Part shown: piece by piece, positions 13,178 to 25,700 of the stretch
Layout: each line of letters opens with the position of its first letter
How positions within the stretch are numbered: the stretch's first letter is position 1
Source: Azolla caroliniana
Lineage: Eukaryota; Plantae; Polypodiophyta
Length of the DNA stretch: 64,000 bases
Reading direction: 5' to 3'
NCBI GenBank assembly: GCA_043228905.1
Contig: JBHGNT010000010.1
Span: forward strand, 6,262,001 to 6,326,000
Notes under the pieces: model-generated
Databases searched by the model: none
What the model was told of the DNA's origin: nothing
The model's input: the letters and a program-made list of their open reading frames with translations, nothing else
Made by a program: the position numbers and the translations under genes

Positions 13178-13728
13178 CTTAACAAGTAACTAGATGTCAC
13201 AATCTAGTTCTAGGTATAACTAGATAGTTCACAGAGATTACAAATAAAGTGTGTTGACACACTTTTCTACACATCATGTTTTTTTTCCCATAAACTCGTG
13301 TTGAGCTTGATTCTCAGCGAGTTTGCTAATTGTTGGGCCGAGTCTTGAAAAGAGGAAGATAACTTTTGTCATGTGACCAAGACGTGCATGACGTGGATAA
13401 CAGATAATGTAAGATAACAACCATTCACTTCGTACACACCTATTCACTCCACTAAATCATTTATACAGAGAACACAAGTGGCACTTTTGCTCGTGTTCTT
13501 TTTTTTGCTTGGGCAAAGGGTTTCTGGGGAAAAGCAGTTTCGGTTGTTCATGCAGTTTCTTTCAGTGTAGATTTTACTCTGACTGGACATGATTTCGGGC
13601 TCTCCGAAACAACATCTCGATGGCCATTTGCACACATTATTCGATTCTTTTGGTCTTCAATGGAGACCCATCTCAAAAAACGATCGTGAAGTAGGAGATT
13701 GATGTGCAAGCACGAAGCAGGGTGGCAG

Positions 13729-13965
13729 AAAAGCAAAAAAAGCAAAAAGCAAAAAGTAAGGAGGAGAAGGCAGCAGAAAGCAAGTTGAAGGCAAAAGGCA
13801 AAAAGGCAAAAAGCAAGAAATGAAAAAAATGGATCTATTTAATTTTGAAGTTTGAACATGAAGCAAACGGCTCAAAAGCAAAAAGCAAAAGTAAGGAGGA
13901 GAAGGCAGCAGAAAGCAAGCTGAAGGCAAAAGGCAAAAAGCAAAAAGCAAAAAAGCAAAAGAAAT
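13729..13965. repeat. Duplicated ~130-bp purine-rich block built from GCAAAA(A) units
   Basis: AGTAAGGAGGAGAAGGCAGCAGAAAGCAAG.TGAAGGCAAAAGGCAAAA occurs twice (about 13754 and 13890), just upstream of the RBR gene. Confidence 0.8.
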
Positions 13966-14078
13966 GGAAATGGAACTATGTACATATTTGAACCTGAGTC
14001 TCGCCGTTTCTTAAGAACTGTCTCTGTCTGTGGTCTTTCTTCTTCTTCTTCTTCTTCTTCTTCTTTTCATTCTCTGGA

Positions 14079-14111
14079 TTAGGGTTTCGCGTAGAGACTG
14101 GACTAGGGTTT
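14079..14111 (-). promoter_or_regulatory. Two telo-box motifs (TAGGGTTT) in the 5' region of the RBR gene
   Basis: TTAGGGTTT at 14079-14087 and TAGGGTTT at 14104-14111, after a (CTT)n tract. This arrangement is typical of plant TSS/5'UTR regions. Confidence 0.5.
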
Positions 14112-14308
14112 CCACTGAAGAAACTGATCCGGGTCAGGCACCCTTCAGAGACACGAACATGGTTTCCTTCCAAATTTCAGGATTACGATCTCTTCACCGG
14201 AGACAGGATTAGTTTTCTTTCTTCTACAGCGACAAGATTAAGGATATCTACTGCGAAGACAAGATCAGGGTTCTATTTCGCAAGGATAGTGAGGTGAGAA
14301 GAGCAACT

Positions 14309-17300
14309 ATGGCAATAGCTCCTTTGGAGATAAATCTGGTTGACATAGATTCTCCTCCGAAATACCAGAAACCTTCTTTATACTCTCAATGGTGCATGTA
14401 TCTGCTCAGCTCAGAGTTTCGTCGAGTCAGAATCTCAGAGATTCGTTGTGTTCTCAAAAGGCATAAAGGAAGGTTGATACCTGCTTATATGGCCATTGCT
14501 TTGGCACACTCTGATGCTATGCATAAAGAACAGGAGAATCCTCGTGATGATGGTAAGGTTATGTAGGGATTCATTCTTCCAGTGGATTAGCGTTTTCATC
14601 AACATTGATCTATTTCATTCTTTGTGAATGAACATTAAAATGGTTTTCAAATTTTTTTATTACTTCAGGTTTAAGAATAACCGTAAGGACAGAGAAATGT
14701 CTACCATACGCAGGATTGAAGCTTAAGAAGGTTCCTAGATCATATCCACATAACAAACCTGATCTTCCATGCCCTCTTTTTAATAGGGACCTGGGTTTCT
14801 TGAAAATTGAATTGGAGAACTCATCTTTTTTAATGATGAGTAAGTTAGACCTTGATTATGGGGAGAATACCAGTCCAATTTCTATGAGCATTATAGAATC
14901 CAATAATGTCGAGTGTGGTTGCTGTTGTAATGAAATGCCCTTTGAAGAAATGGTGCAGGTAAGCTTGCATTTAACATTTAATGAGTTGTGGACTTTTGTT
15001 GTTACTGTGACTTTTTGATTGGCTTCAATTAATATGTTAGCTTGGTGGACTATTGAGTTTTGTTGCCATATTAATTACAATGTATATGTTAAGTGTAGTT
15101 ATTACTAGACATTAGTCCCCATGTTTAATGCATTTTATGTGCTATTGTATTGGGCTCTTGCATTATAGACCTTATGTTTCATAAAATCAATATGTCTCCT
15201 ACGATAGGCTCCTGAGTTTAGATATTAGATCCTATGTTTGATTGATACAATATTTTATATTGTTGGTTTCTCAAGCTTAGCTATTTCCAGCTCATAGGCT
15301 GTCTTTTCCAGTGTGCAGATGGTCATCTGTTTTGCTTCATGTGCCTGCGTAGAAGAGTTGAAGAATTGACATATGGAGGTCTTCCAGCTTTCAGTCCTCT
15401 TCTATGTATTGATATGGCAGAATGTGATAAATCCATCCCCTTATCAGAGGTATGCTTCTGTAATATAGTTTGATGATGAGATTTTACATTTATTTTTGTA
15501 TCATTTTGTATGCAAATTAAAGCAGTGATTATTAATTCCATTTGTAGCCTTTATGAACAGACCATTATTGCAAAAACCTAGAAAAGAAAACTAGACCTGC
15601 AAATCAAAATTTTATATTAAACATCGTCTGACCAGTTAAGTATCTTCTATTTTATAAATACATTACAATTTAAATGTATTATTTAGCCTGATTTTGTATA
15701 TGGATTTGTCTTTATGTAAACAAGTAATCAAACATAAATCAATAGTTATTCCCTTGTCTAATGCAAATAGATATTTAAACATGAGGTATTTCTTGCTGGA
15801 TAATCATATGTTGGACTTCTATTTATCAATGTAGTACGAATCTGGCAAGAATCTATATTTATAAACCGGGATTATCTGTCTAAGTACGACACTTCCACAT
15901 TTTATTTCTCTGAATTTATGTCATTAGTTTATGTTTGTCTTGACAGATAAAACGTGCGATTCAGGCAGATTTGCTTGTCAAATTTGAGGAACGTCAAGCT
16001 AGTGATTGTGTTGCCAGAGCTAAAATTCAAGGATTGGTAATTCTCTTTCTACACCATTTATACCCAGTTTTTTCATGCATGTCACTCGCTTTCTTAATTA
16101 TTTTCGCAGTTTTTTCTCAGGCTTATTGCCCTTCCTGCAATTTTGCCTGTGAGGTAGATGAAACCATATCAGTGCTCAAGTGCCCACAACCTTCTTGTCA
16201 AAAGGTAAAATGGTCTTATTATTGGTTATACGTGAGGTATATTTTTAGAGTGTATATAATAATATAGATTAGGGCATGTTTTTAGCTGAACCAACTATAT
16301 TCTTGTGTAGGAATCTTGTATTAAGTGTAAGGAGCCATCTCACCTGCCATTACGATGCGAGGAAGTAGAGAAGGTATATACAATTGGAACTTGTATCGTT
16401 GTATAAATGGTAGTAGGAACTTTTGCCTATTGTTATAATTGAGGAATTTGAAAGATTCTCCAAATTTTAGAATAAAATGAGGAATAGTATTTGGCAAAAG
16501 TAAATTCAATATTTTGAAAATTTGCGAGATTAACTCTAGATTTGTTATAACTTTGCAAAAATAAGCTAAATATTGTGAAAACTTGAAAGGTTAATTCACA
16601 TTCCTATTTAAAATCTGCATAACCATTCATATTAACTCCATGAGGTTACTTACTGTTTACCTTGTTGAATGTATGTTGATTCAGTTTTTTGTTTGCGTAG
16701 CCATTCGACATTCGTTACCGCAATGAGATAGAGGAGGTAAATGATCGGCATGCCCAACCTTGAGTGTGGCTCATAAAGTTATGTACTAATGTATTCGATA
16801 TTGTTTCTCCAATCAGATCATGTCACATAGTGTGATTCGACAATGTGTATCCTGTAAAGCAGAGCTATTAAAAGATGATGGCTGCAACAAGGTATGTAAT
16901 GGATCCTCTCAGTGTCGATATATGAAAATATACATTATTTTTGGCTTCATGCGGATACCATTATGTTGAGATGAAACAGAGATTAAACGTGGTTTGTGTT
17001 GTGCAACAGATTACTTGTAGATGTGGGCAGTCAATGTGCTATGTTTGCAGGAAAGCAATTACTAACTATACGCATTTTTGTGAGGTAAAGCCCTAGTGCT
17101 ATCACAATATTTTTGACTTAGAACCGCTTTCAATGACATTTATCTTAAAATTTTAAAATCTATTTAGTGGTGTCTCACCAATTTAACAGATTTATTTTCT
17201 CTATATATACTGAGTGTCTGAGAAACCATAAGGATTTAAGGGGCATTAGAGAATCAAAAGTGTTTCTATGTAACCAATCAAAACTTTCTGTTTTGTTCTG

Positions 17301-17724
17301 TAAAATGTGGACACTTTCTATTTTAATCCCTTTTTCTTGTTCATACTATGGCGAGACTAGAATTTAGAACATTTACATTTGATTTTGATGGGCAATTGTT
17401 GATATCTTTCTTCTTTGTGCTTTTCTGCAGCATGTGAGATCACCAGGAAAGACTTGCACTCTGTGTAAAAACTGTAGCTTATGGGAGAAGGTATATGATG
17501 GTATCATGCATATGTTTCATTGTCATAGTAACTAGATATATCCTTTATTTACTTGAAGCCAACAGTCAATTTTTATGCCTTATCTCTTATATAAGGAGGA
17601 TGAAAATGCTGTGGTAATCAATGCCAAGAGAAAAGCACTAGAGAGCAAGACTGCGGAGAATGTGAGCTTAATTGATCGTGAAATTGGTCCCAAGGATACT
17701 TTCTTCAAGAAGAGAAAGGCATGA
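14309..17724 (+). CDS. RNF216: RBR (RING1-IBR-RING2) E3 ubiquitin ligase, RNF216/TRIAD3-like; 11 exons, about 427 aa
   Basis: GT-AG exons: 14309-14552, 14669-14958, 15312-15449, 15947-16036, 16121-16204, 16311-16373, 16701-16736, 16817-16891, 17010-17084, 17431-17490, 17596-17724 (1284 nt, one open frame). Translation includes [102 protein letters not shown]. Confidence 0.92.
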
Positions 17725-18899
17725 GAGTATTGCCACAATTTTGATATGGGTTCATTTTCTTGAGATCTTTTGTCACTTTTCATATGTTGGTGTGAATGAT
17801 CATATTCATTATCAATTAAAGTTTTAGAGGCATGGTGCATCTTGTTTATGTGAGTTATTATTTTCATTATCCAATGTCGTGACATTGTATCTTGTTGATG
17901 TGAATTGTCATATTCACCATCAATTTGTAGTCACGCTCATTGCATCTTGATGATATACTAAACTGCACATCAATTGTAGAACTATGTGAATTTTATGTCC
18001 AATATAAATTGTACAGTTTCTCATTTTAACGGAATCTTTTATTATCGTTTTAATAGTTTCCATTGTAGGCCTTCCAGGATCTCCTATAAGGTACCCAAAA
18101 TTGGCTTCTTTTGTTTTCCTAACTATTAGTAAAATCATTATGAAGAATTGGCCTATGTATGAAAGAGTGTTTTGATGAATTTATGTACAAATTTGATAAG
18201 ATATCACCATTAAGTTATGATTCTTGGCTACACTTTCTCATGTGGATGATGGATTTGTCCATGGATCATCCTAGAAGTAGTTATGACTAATCATTGATAG
18301 TTTTGTTGTTAGCAAACACTCTTTTTTTTCTTTTGAAAATAAATATATTGTCACTTTGTGTCTTGATAGAGAGGGAGGGAGATTCTATTATTGTCTTTGG
18401 CGGTCAAATATGACCTTTGAGACCAAAAGTACTACATATCATGCAATACATGTGAGAGTGAGTAGTGACTCTCGATGTTCAAGAACTTTACCAATGAATG
18501 TTACAATTGAGAGTGCACATTGTGATTGTGAGAGATATTTGTGCAAGGATTGAGTTTGGTTGAAGATGTGTGGAAAGTATAGTTGAATATGATCAAAGGC
18601 AGAGTGTTGTATAAGTGTGATACTTACTCTCAAACTTGTTTTAGACAAAGTGAACATAGTCGACCACTCTCATCATTCGTGCCCCAACGCCATGTCTCAC
18701 GTTGTGATGCATATGAGCTATAAGTTGTATGGGAGCAATGGTTCAGATGACAAACAATGGGATGGGCTTTACCATGTATATGGTTTTGTGGTTAGGTGCA
18801 TAATATGTAGTATAATGTGTGAAGCATGAGCCTCCACATTTTCCCTATGTTATGATACATTGATGTTGCAAAATTGCCTCATTTATAGAAGAATCTAGT

Positions 18900-19397
18900 G
18901 ATGTATCATGAAGCAAGTGTGTTGCATCCCATCTACCAAACCATTTTTTCATATCTTGCATCCAACAAGAACACAAAGTTTCGTTTTTATGTATATTTTG
19001 GACCTTTTTGCTTGTTTCCCATATAATTGTAGGAATTCAGGGTCAAGGACTTTTTTGAACCTTAAGCATGTATTTGACAACCCTTTCCATGGGCATGATG
19101 TCAATGGGAAGTGATCCCATCTTAAGTAGGAGGGTGAATGGCGTTTGTTTCTTAACTTGGAGAAACTTTGTAAAAAAATGCTTTGGACATTTTTCAAGTA
19201 GATTAAGGGATGTTACCACCCCATAGAGAAGCAATAGTGTCACCAAAGTGTCAAAAGGTACTTCTTGAGGACCCAACACTTAATTTCTCCATGATTGCAT
19301 GTGTTGTCAAATGCATAATATGCTCTCTTTCCCGTCTTTAGTTGACGAGTAACACATTCATTCCATGAAAGAACTTTACTACCAAAATATTTGAAGC
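18900..19397 (-). mobile_element. Degraded non-LTR retrotransposon (RTE-like LINE) fragment, post-RT region
   Basis: KYFG..WNECVTRQLKTGKRAYYAF..KKYL/FDTLVTLLLLYGV across frameshifts; cut off at the LTR of copia A. Confidence 0.65.
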
Positions 19398-22300
19398 TGT
19401 GCAACAGAAGAAAAGTGTGTGTGTATGAGAGAGAGAGAGAGAGAGAGAGAGAACTCAAGGTTATAGAAAAACATAAAATTGTATTACAAGAAAACAAGAA
19501 TGACCAACAGTTACAAAGAGATGGAGAAGGTGCTTATGTAGTCACCTTCTCTCTAGATTCTCTCACTAGAGGTACCTCTTGGGAAAGAGGTTGAGTCTTA
19601 ACTAAAATAATATGTTTCATAGGATATTAACTTCTATGACATACTAGTTATTATACAAGGAGGTGGGGTGGTCACACAGTTGAGTATCCTAGAGTGTGTT
19701 CCCACACATGAGAAGTTGAGTTTGATTCTCAACACATCCCTTCAAACACAACTTCCGGTCGTTGGATTGTTAGATGGTTGGTTCAGACTGGTCTTTGGGT
19801 CGACTTTGAGTCGAATCTGGCTTTGGCTTCAAATGGCTGGTTCACTCCTGCTGCTCCTTACTCCCCCTCAAGCTCGGCTAGTTGACGGTTGAAAGACCCA
19901 AGTTCATCGTGAACTGTCATTGCTTGTCGACTCACAGGGCCTTCAAGGTGAAGATGCCAGTCGTTTGCAGATTCATGTTGATGTGTTGAAGGTCGACATC
20001 TCTGGCTAAGACATGTTCTCGGATGAAATGGTAGTGTACTTCGATGTGCTTAGTCCGAGCGAGATGAATACTACTCATGTTGTCGCAATAGAGGAGAATC
20101 AAATCCTTGATTGGAATGCCTAGACCCTTCAAGATTCTCTTGAGCCAAACGACTTTACATGCAGCGACGACCGCATGTATTCGGCTTCAATGCTCGACAA
20201 TGAGACTGTTGGCTGCTTTTTGCTGCTCCAGGAGATGGCTCCGCTGCTGAGGGAGAAGACGAACCCTGAGGTTGATCGTCTGTCGGCTTTGTAGCCGGCC
20301 CAATTGGCATCTGTGTACCCTTCGAGTTGTATCGGTGTGGCCGATTTGTAGAGGATGTTGAAATCCATGGTTCCACTCACATTCCTTAACACTCGCTTAG
20401 GACAATCGAGATGGATGTCTTACGGAGTTTGTATGAACTGGCTAAGGAGGCCGACCGGGTAACTTAGTTCGGATTGGGTAATTGTGAAGTAGATGAGGTT
20501 TAAGACCAATGGATGATAAAGCGTCGGCTCACACTCTCTTGTGCTTGAGTTAGCATCTACATTGTGTCATCGCAAACTTGTAAAGAAGAATGAGGATATA
20601 GTGCCTTTGAGAAAGCATGATGCTGTCAGGAGTCTGAATTACTTCTATTCCTAAAAGGTAATGAAGCTCCTCCATGTCTTTAATTTCGAATCGGCTGGAG
20701 AGGAGCTTCTTGATGTGCTCAGTATCTGCTAAGTGCTCACCTCCTATGACCAAGTTATCCACATAAATGATGATAAATAGTTTTCCTCTGGAGTCATTCC
20801 GGATGAACAGAGGGTTGTCAGACTTGGACATTTGAAAACCGATTTTATGAAGATATTAGGTGTAAAGAATCGGGTATGATTCTTGTGTAGCGGAAGAGAT
20901 GTGTGTTATGTGTATGTGTGAGAGGAATTAGAGGAGAGAAGAGAGAACACAAGATAGATAGATAGATAGAAAAAGGAATACTCAAGAAGGTGTATATTCA
21001 CAAATAGAATAGCAAATACAAAATGTAGCATTACAAGGAAACACAACCGACTTAGTATGAAGTATGAGGAGGGTGCTTTATATATAGTCAACCTCTCTCT
21101 TCATTAACTAACTACAACAACCACTCTCTCTTGGGGAATGTGAAGACCCATAGTCATGGGGAATATGTAACTCATTAGTTATGTGTCATAAAATATGATT
21201 CTATGACACATAGTTAATGTGTAGAGAGTAGTGGTGTGACTCTTGACTCATAGATTCTCAAAAGGTGTGTTCACACATTGCACTATGTTGATCTTGATTC
21301 TCAACACGCCCCCTCAAGCTCAACTCGGGTGGTTCCTCAAGCTCAACTCGGCATATTTGCTTCGGCTGGTATCCGGTTCGAACGATCTCCGGTGTTCACT
21401 TCGGCTTGTACCCGATTCAGATGGTATCTGGTTCTCGCTTGTACTCCCCCTCAAGCTTGGCAAGTCAAGGATAGTTAATCCAAGGTCTGATATGAATTGC
21501 TGAAGCTTGTCGGCTCCTAGGGCCTTGGTGAAGATGTCGATTGTCTAAAGATTTGTGTTGATGTGTAGAAGATCGACATCTCTGGCCTGAACACGCTCTC
21601 GAATGAAGTGGTAGTGCACTTCGATATGCTTTGTGTGTGCGTGGAACACTGGGTTCCAAACCAGATATATATTGCTCATGTTGTCGTAGTAAATGGGAGT
21701 TGGATCCTTGATGGGAATGCCCAGATCCTTCAAAATCCTCTTGAACCATACGACTTCACATGCAGCTACGATTGCGCCCCTGTATTTGGCCTCCGTACTC
21801 GAAAGTGCAATGACATGCTGCTTCTTACTACCCCAAGATATTGCTCTACTACCAAGCGAGAAGACAAATCCGGAGGTCGATCGTCTATCAGCTCTGTAGC
21901 CGGCCTAGTCGGCATCTGTGTACCCTTCGAGTTGAATTGGTGTGGCCGATGCGTAGAGGATGTTGTAATACTTGCTTAGCGCAATCGAAATGGATATCTC
22001 GCGGTGTCGTGGAGAAAACCGTCCCTAGGTGGAAACCGGGTATAACGTGCGTAAACCGGGTATAACGTGCGTAAACCGGCCCTTACACGTGGGCACAAGT
22101 TTTGTTGTATAGTATGTAGGTAGGTACAAGTCGGCTGAGGTGAAATCCTAGGGAGCACGCATTCATTAGGGAGAAAATCGAGGCGTATCCCTGTCCGAAA
22201 GGACAGGGAATAAACATGATGTAACGGGTGGTAACGGTCTCCCTCCTTGGGCTATAAAAGAGAGGGAGAGGTATTGTAAAGGGGATCACGTTTTGTGGAG

Positions 22301-22432
22301 AACGAAGTGCTGCCGGACTGGAACCGAGCTCTTCTCCTCTGTCTTCTCCATAGTCGTTCTGTGCAGGTTTTCGGGAGGCTGACTCTGCTCCGCGGAACGC
22401 TCAAGTGCTTTCAGCAGAGTCTCCATCTCGCG

Positions 22433-22468
<36 letters not shown>

Positions 22469-22775
22469 GCGTCAGAGCCTATCACTTGCCGGCTTGCCGG
22501 TTGTAACTCCTTGATATATATATATACATATACATTAGTTTTGCCTCCATTGTTCAGAGTTAGTTGCAACTCCTGTGAATCTGTGTGTCTATGCGCGTGT
22601 GAAGTACATTGGTAGTTTCCTTCCCCTCTTCTCATTCGGTTATTTCTCGGTCCAAGGCCCCCGTGGTCCCGCCTCGTTCTCCACGCACGCGTGTAACAAC
22701 GCGACATATTTGGTGAACCCGACGTGAACAGGGAGAGGAATAGAAAGATGAGAGGGTCGGAACTTGCAGAAGCCA

Positions 22776-25700
22776 TGGCTTCGGTTGTGGATCGGATAGT
22801 GAGTGCGCGTGAAGGCACAGGCGCCCTCGATAGGGCTATTGAAGCAATCGTCGGCACAATAGGCCGGTTTGGTGGGAAGGACGCCACAAGCTATTTGGAG
22901 GCTTTTCTAGAATATCCTCAATATTATCAGATGAGGGACATCCCGGAGGACAGGCGACTGGCCGGATTCCCTTGGGTGGCGATGCCGGGCATCCACACAG
23001 AGGTGCTTAAGGTACGGGATGAGAGTCGGACCTAGGAAGAGTTTGAAGGTCGGCTCCTTGAAAAATACGGGCTTGATGACACGGTTCGGCTATCGAAGCG
23101 AGACTTCATGGAATGGGTGGAGACCCCCGAAAAGGGGAGAAACGCGTCGGTGCTCCTTCGGGAGTTTGAAGAACACTTCACACTTCTTTTGGCGCTGGAT
23201 CGGACCGTATTGGACACAAGTCGTGTCCTATTGTTCGTTAAATCGGTGGACGTAAGGGACCGGGAGCAAGTGGGCTTCCTGTTGGAGACTGATGACGGCC
23301 TAACAATCGATTGGGCCGTGGTAAAGAGAGTCTGCGGCCGTTTTGACAAACGACGTGAGTGGGTCGATAAAGGCTTGACGGGGGCGGGTTCTGTTGCGAC
23401 AAGGAAGGTCGAGGTTCCCCCACCTGCGCGAAGGGAAGAGACCTGAGACTGGCTCGAGACCGGCTCGACTTCGACCAACATGGTCAAAGGCTCGTTTGGA
23501 GGAGCGGCTCTGGAGGAGCTGACTCAGATGGTGAGGGACCTCCAGATTGCACAAGCACGGAGGGACGGTGGCGAACAAGTCCGTGACAGAAGGCCTTCGG
23601 TTGGGAACCGGTGCTTGTGGTGTGACGCGGTCGGCCACGCCCGAAAGGACTACGAGGACTTCGCCGAAGCGATAAGAGCTAATGTGGTGTACCTATGGAA
23701 CGGTCGGGTGCACGCTAGCGAGACCCGAAGGGCCTTGGATCTGAATGTCAAACAAGGGGGTATGAAACGGTTGATGGAAGAAGCGGCGGCTCGCCACGCG
23801 GAGACCATCCACTACTCGACGTCAGCTGGAATCCGGGTTGGAAGTGATGAAGTCCGTAAGACGAAGGAAGCTGGATTCTGGCCGTTGATGTTGGAAGGCC
23901 TCGCCGGCGTACGGCTGAGGAAAGAGGAAGCGAACCGCGCGGAGAAACGGGTCTGGGAGGCAACCGGGTGGAGTGACCCGGTCGAATAGAAGACAGGCTT
24001 CGTTGAAGCCGCTTGCCAAAACTACCAGGTTTTGGTGGAGGACAAGCGTGCGGGTAAGACCAGAGGGGCCGGACCCTCACAACAATATGAGACCCGGTTC
24101 GGGCAAAAGCAGAATGATGCCGATGCGACCGGTGCACCTGATAAAGCCAAGAGGGTCGGGTATCGATTGAGCACGGAGATCGAGAGGACCACGAACTTGC
24201 GAAAGGTCCTCGAGGAACGTATCCTTGACAGCAAAGTGGAGCTGTCATTGAGGGAAGTGCTCGGAATCGCCAAGAAGGAGTTCCACGACTCCATCGTGGA
24301 CTTGGTGAAGCGGATAAGGCTTTTGATAGAGCCGGAGCCGAAGAAGCTGGTGGAGGTGCGAACGACGCACCTAGAAGACATGGCTCTAGAAGACGAGTTG
24401 GCGGAGAGCCACTATTCAAGGCCACATTGGACCAGAGCAACCACGGAGACCCCCGTTAAGATCGGAGATGTTCAGGAGTCGGTGGTGGCGTTGGTAGACC
24501 ACGGTTTAGAAATCAACTTGATTTCCATGGACTTCTACAAGAAGGGGAAGTGGCTGATCAACACCAAGCACGGGTGGAAAATACGAGCAACAACGCGCAC
24601 CGGAAGAGCTGCATGGAGCCTGCCCGAATGTACAAGTGAAAATCGGCGATGTCGAGATCGATCAACACTTCTTCGTGCAGGAGATGTCCTTGCATCTGGT
24701 TATACTCGGGGAACCATACATCACGACGGCACGGATGGAGACAAAGGTGCTGGACAACGGTTCGGCATATGCACGAGTCCAGAGCTAGGATGGGCGTCAC
24801 TCGGTCCAGTTCCTGAAGGTGCGACCGAACCATGAGTGTAACCGTGAGACCCTCGGTGGCGAAAACTGAGGGGATTTTTAGAGAGGGCTATCAAGGTGTG
24901 GGGCCGCGATAGTCCAGACACCCCGGGAAAACCCCACAGATGTACTATAGGCAAAAAGACCTATACCATAGGTAGGAAATTTTGGTTCTCCGATAGCGGA
25001 GGTTGTACGATAGCCGGTGCAGTTGGCCGGGAAAAGAAGCGGGCGGAGGAGCGACTTCGGGCATGCGGAGCCTCGGCCCTGAAGAGGAAATCAACGGAGC
25101 CGTGGAGGCGGTCTCTTTCGATGACACCTTAGGGAAGTTACGGGAGGTGTTCAGAGAAGGCCTTAATGAGGACTGGACGATTCCGGTATGTTCGGAAAAG
25201 ATGTACGAAGTCACCGCCGACTTCGGTAATGGACTCGAGTCGGATCGGACGACTCAAGTGGATACGAAGTATAAGATTATGGACTGGAAAGTGAGGCCAG
25301 TCGTGGCACCCTTGCCGGAGGGCAGCGAGTTACGGATAAAGGGGGTCATGTCGGACCCAAGTTTACGAGATCCGGCCAGCATAAGACACACGTTCATGGA
25401 CATAACGCTACAGGAGCTCAAGATCGGTGGGGATGGCTTTCTACTGTCGGCGGAAGAGGACCAGTTTCGAAGAATGCTCGGGAGGCAGGGGAAGGCTTTT
25501 GCATTCTCATCGGAGGAGATCGGGTGCGTAGACCCGACGGTTGTGGAACCAATGGTGATCTTCAAAATCTCAAACCGATTCCGGTACCCAGAGCTCACAT
25601 CCCGAAGCTGATGGAGTTGCTGAAACAGAAAGTGGAGATGGGCATCCTCAAACCATCGAGTACCCCATATTCGAATCGATGGTTTACCGTGCCAAAGAAG

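Noticed and set aside
22711-22728. tRNA-like sequence (also at 34038-34049 and 52885-52896)
   Set aside because: Only the 3'-complementary primer-binding sites are present; there is no cloverleaf tRNA gene.
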